Assembly (NCBI GenBank): GCA_034530615.2
Contig: JAVRCV020000023.1
Span: 1 to 64,000, forward strand
Length of the DNA: 64,000 bases
Reading direction: 5' to 3'
DNA from: Aulosira sp. ZfuVER01
GTDB lineage: Bacteria > Cyanobacteriota > Cyanobacteriia > Cyanobacteriales > Nostocaceae
The notes under the pieces are model-generated. The model worked only from the letters and a program-made list of their open reading frames with translations, was not told the origin of the DNA and did not search any database. Shown here one piece after another: positions 61,721-64,000 of this stretch. Made by a program: the position numbers and the translations under genes. Within the stretch, counting starts at the first letter, position 1; the number at the start of each line of letters is the position of its first letter.

Positions 61721-63253
61721 ATGCAGCAGTATCAGAGTAAAAGGCAGATGTTATTCAGAATCCAAAATCCAAAATCTAAAATCCAAAATCGGCAGAGGCT
61801 GATTTATGCTTTGGTTGGTGCTTTTGCCTTTTTACTTTTAACTTTTAATTTTTCTGGTGCAGCGACAGCAGCAGCCAAGCATTACACTGAGTTGCAATTA
61901 CCAGCGTTACCAGAGGTGAAGTTACCCAAGTATGAGCGCTTCACACTGCAAAATGGCATGGTTGTCTATTTGATGGAAGATCATGAGCTACCGCTCGTAG
62001 GTGGTACAGCGTTGGTACGTACTGGAAGTCGCCTGGAACCAGCAGATAAAGTTGGCTTGGCTGAGTTTACAGGCGAGGTAATGCGGACTGGAGGGACGAA
62101 GCAGCATTCGGCTGATGAACTCAACGAAATGTTGGAACAACGGGCTGCTTCGGTGGAAACTGGTATTGGTGAAACCTCTGGTAGTGCTAGCTTTGAGGCA
62201 CTGACTGAGGATTTAGACACGGTGTTTGAGCTATTTACTGAAGTGCTACGGGAGCCAGTATTTGCTCAAGAAAAGTTGGATTTAGCCAAGACGCAGGAGA
62301 AGGGTAGTATTGCCCGTCGCAATGATAATCCCAATTCTATAGCTGGTCGAGAATTTCGTAAATTAATCTATGGGAAAGATAGCCCCTATGCTCGCACAAC
62401 AGAATATGCTTCTGTAGAAAATATTTCCCGTGCAGATTTAATCAAGTTTTATCAGCAATATTTCTACCCCAATAATATAATTTTGGGGATTTTGGGAGAT
62501 TTTGATGCGAAGAAAATGCGATCGCTCATTCAAGCTAAGTTAGGCGATTGGCAACCGAACCCCAAACTGGCTAAACTCCCATTACCACAAGTTTCCCAAG
62601 CCAAAGCTGGCGGTGTGTTTTTTGTTAATCAACCGCAATTGACTCAAAGTAATATTTACATTGGGCATTTAGGCGGAAAATTCGACAATCCCGATTATGC
62701 AGCCTTGGATGTGTTGAATGGCGTGTTAAATGGATTTGGCGGACGCTTGTTTAATGAAGTGCGATCGCGTCAAGGTTTAGCTTATTCAGTATACGGTCAA
62801 TGGAGTCCCCGCTACGATTATCCCGGAATGTTCATTGCTGGAGGACAAACGCGATCGCAAACTACTGTGCAGTTTGTCAAAGCCTTACAAGCTGAAATTA
62901 AGCGCATCCAAACTCAAAGAGTTACAGCCAAAGAACTAGCTTTTGCTAAAGAATCTACACTAAATTCCTTTGTTTTCAATTTTGAAGACCCTAACCAAAC
63001 TATCTCACGGTTGATGCGATACGAATATTACGGCTATCCTGCTGATTTCTTATTTCGCTATCAAAAAGCCGTAGCAGCTACAACAGCAGCTGATGTCCAG
63101 CGAGTAGCAAAACAATACCTCAAACCAGAAAATATCGTAACTCTGGTTGTCGGAAATCAAACAGCAATTCAACCACCTTTGACACAGCTAGCAACACAGG
63201 TAACGCCCATAGATGTGACTATTCCCCCTGCACAACCACAGGCAAAAAATTAA
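61721..63253 (+). CDS. M16 family non-catalytic partner subunit
   Basis: LQNGMVVYLMEDHELPLV, lacks HxxEH (GLAEFTGEVM), RLFNEVRSRQGLAYSV. Confidence 0.9.
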   Translation: MQQYQSKRQMLFRIQNPKSKIQNRQRLIYALVGAFAFLLLTFNFSGAATAAAKHYTELQLPALPEVKLPKYERFTLQNGMVVYLMEDHELPLVGGTALVRTGSRLEPADKVGLAEFTGEVMRTGGTKQHSADELNEMLEQRAASVETGIGETSGSASFEALTEDLDTVFELFTEVLREPVFAQEKLDLAKTQEKGSIARRNDNPNSIAGREFRKLIYGKDSPYARTTEYASVENISRADLIKFYQQYFYPNNIILGILGDFDAKKMRSLIQAKLGDWQPNPKLAKLPLPQVSQAKAGGVFFVNQPQLTQSNIYIGHLGGKFDNPDYAALDVLNGVLNGFGGRLFNEVRSRQGLAYSVYGQWSPRYDYPGMFIAGGQTRSQTTVQFVKALQAEIKRIQTQRVTAKELAFAKESTLNSFVFNFEDPNQTISRLMRYEYYGYPADFLFRYQKAVAATTAADVQRVAKQYLKPENIVTLVVGNQTAIQPPLTQLATQVTPIDVTIPPAQPQAKN

Positions 63254-63420
63254 TTTCTATAACTTTTCTCTAAACAGTTGTAGTCAAATTATCTGTAGAG
63301 ACGCCATAAAATGCGTCTCTATTTTTTATTGATTTACATTTTGATGAAGATGTAATAGCAATTCTCTAAAATTCAGCAACAGATTCAAACCCTAGAGCCT
63401 AGATTCTGTAGTACTTTCAT

Positions 63421-63445
63421 AATTACGAATTACGAATTACGAATT
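63421..63445. repeat. STRR heptamer repeat (AATTACG)n
   Basis: Three to four units; same unit at 60005-60032. Confidence 0.85.
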
Positions 63446-63716
63446 GGTATAACTATCAACCCTTGCAATTCCACAAAGAATTCGGCAGTTAGCACATGGG
63501 GTTGTCCTGACCTAAGCGACTATGTACTATACAAAAGTCAGCAGATCGAAAAATTCCACGAGCGATCGCAAACCTTTTGGTTCTACTGATAATTTAGATC
63601 TACTTCCACCTATGTCTTGGAGATTCCCGTCACGTAGACGCGCAGCAGCTTCCCGTAAGGGTAAGCAAAGTGGCGTTAGCATCTGCGTTAGGAGAAGGAG
63701 CTTCACCCAAAAAGCA

Positions 63717-63751
63717 CTTGATTGCCCTTCTTCAAGGGGTGGGCAATCAAG
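63717..63751 (-). terminator. Hairpin downstream of the last (partial) gene
   Basis: CTTGATTGCCC-13 nt-GGGCAATCAAG; the minus strand continues TGCTTTTT. Confidence 0.65.
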
Positions 63752-63785
63752 CGCCGACTTTCTGTAAAGTGCTGACTACAAGCTG

Positions 63786-64000
63786 TTAATGGTTTGGTCG
63801 ATCAATCGCTGTTATCTTAACAGTCTCATAAGCAGAGTTTGTTCCCTTTCCAGATTTAGTTTTTACCTTGACTTTATCAAAGCCTTCGTAGTAATAATCC
63901 ACATCAGCATAAGGATCGTCACCAATCGCCAGAGCCGTTCCTGTACCCTTTGCTTTTGTAACTTTACCTTTAGTTTTTAGATCGATGTCTGTATCAGTCA
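63786..64000 (-). CDS. 3' end of a hypothetical protein running off the window edge
   Basis: Open frame ...TDTDIDLKTKGKVTKAKGTGTALAIGDDPYADVDYYYEGFDKVKVKTKSGKGTNSAYETVKITAIDRPNH*, followed by a terminator; absent from the ORF track because its start is outside the window. Confidence 0.7.
   Translation of the reverse strand, partial: TDTDIDLKTKGKVTKAKGTGTALAIGDDPYADVDYYYEGFDKVKVKTKSGKGTNSAYETVKITAIDRPNH

Noticed and set aside
63522..63980. Two short plus-strand ORFs at the window end
   Set aside because: One spans a dispersed repeat and terminator; the other is antisense to the partial minus-strand gene.

Overview
64 kb of chromosome from a filamentous, most likely heterocyst-lineage (Nostocales-type) cyanobacterium. 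Evidence: dense HIP1 (GCGATCGC) sites, heptamer/nonamer STRR tandem repeats, a HetP-family gene and an alkaline/neutral invertase. Most of the window is ordinary: two-component genes, a PAS/GAF diguanylate cyclase, purE, nagA, rsmG, GH100/GH116/GHL10 hydrolases, an M16 peptidase pair and tRNA-Ser(CGA). The most notable region is 46-57 kb. It holds what looks like the hetC-hetP locus in decay: an internally deleted, frameshifted hetC-like remnant, a hetP with a probable nonsense codon, and a further relic gene, while a perfect HetR-type palindrome is intact. This is followed by an intact C39-peptidase exporter operon with no visible precursor peptide. Other points of interest: a second type I secretion cluster whose HlyD has an extra TM helix and Cys-containing N-terminal domain; short motifs shared by the leaders of both secretion clusters; 21/27-nt mini-elements inserted into HIP1 sites that rewrite two signalling proteins; and a dead toxin-antitoxin pair cut off at the tRNA 3' end. 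All family assignments come from motifs recognised by eye; no database search was run.
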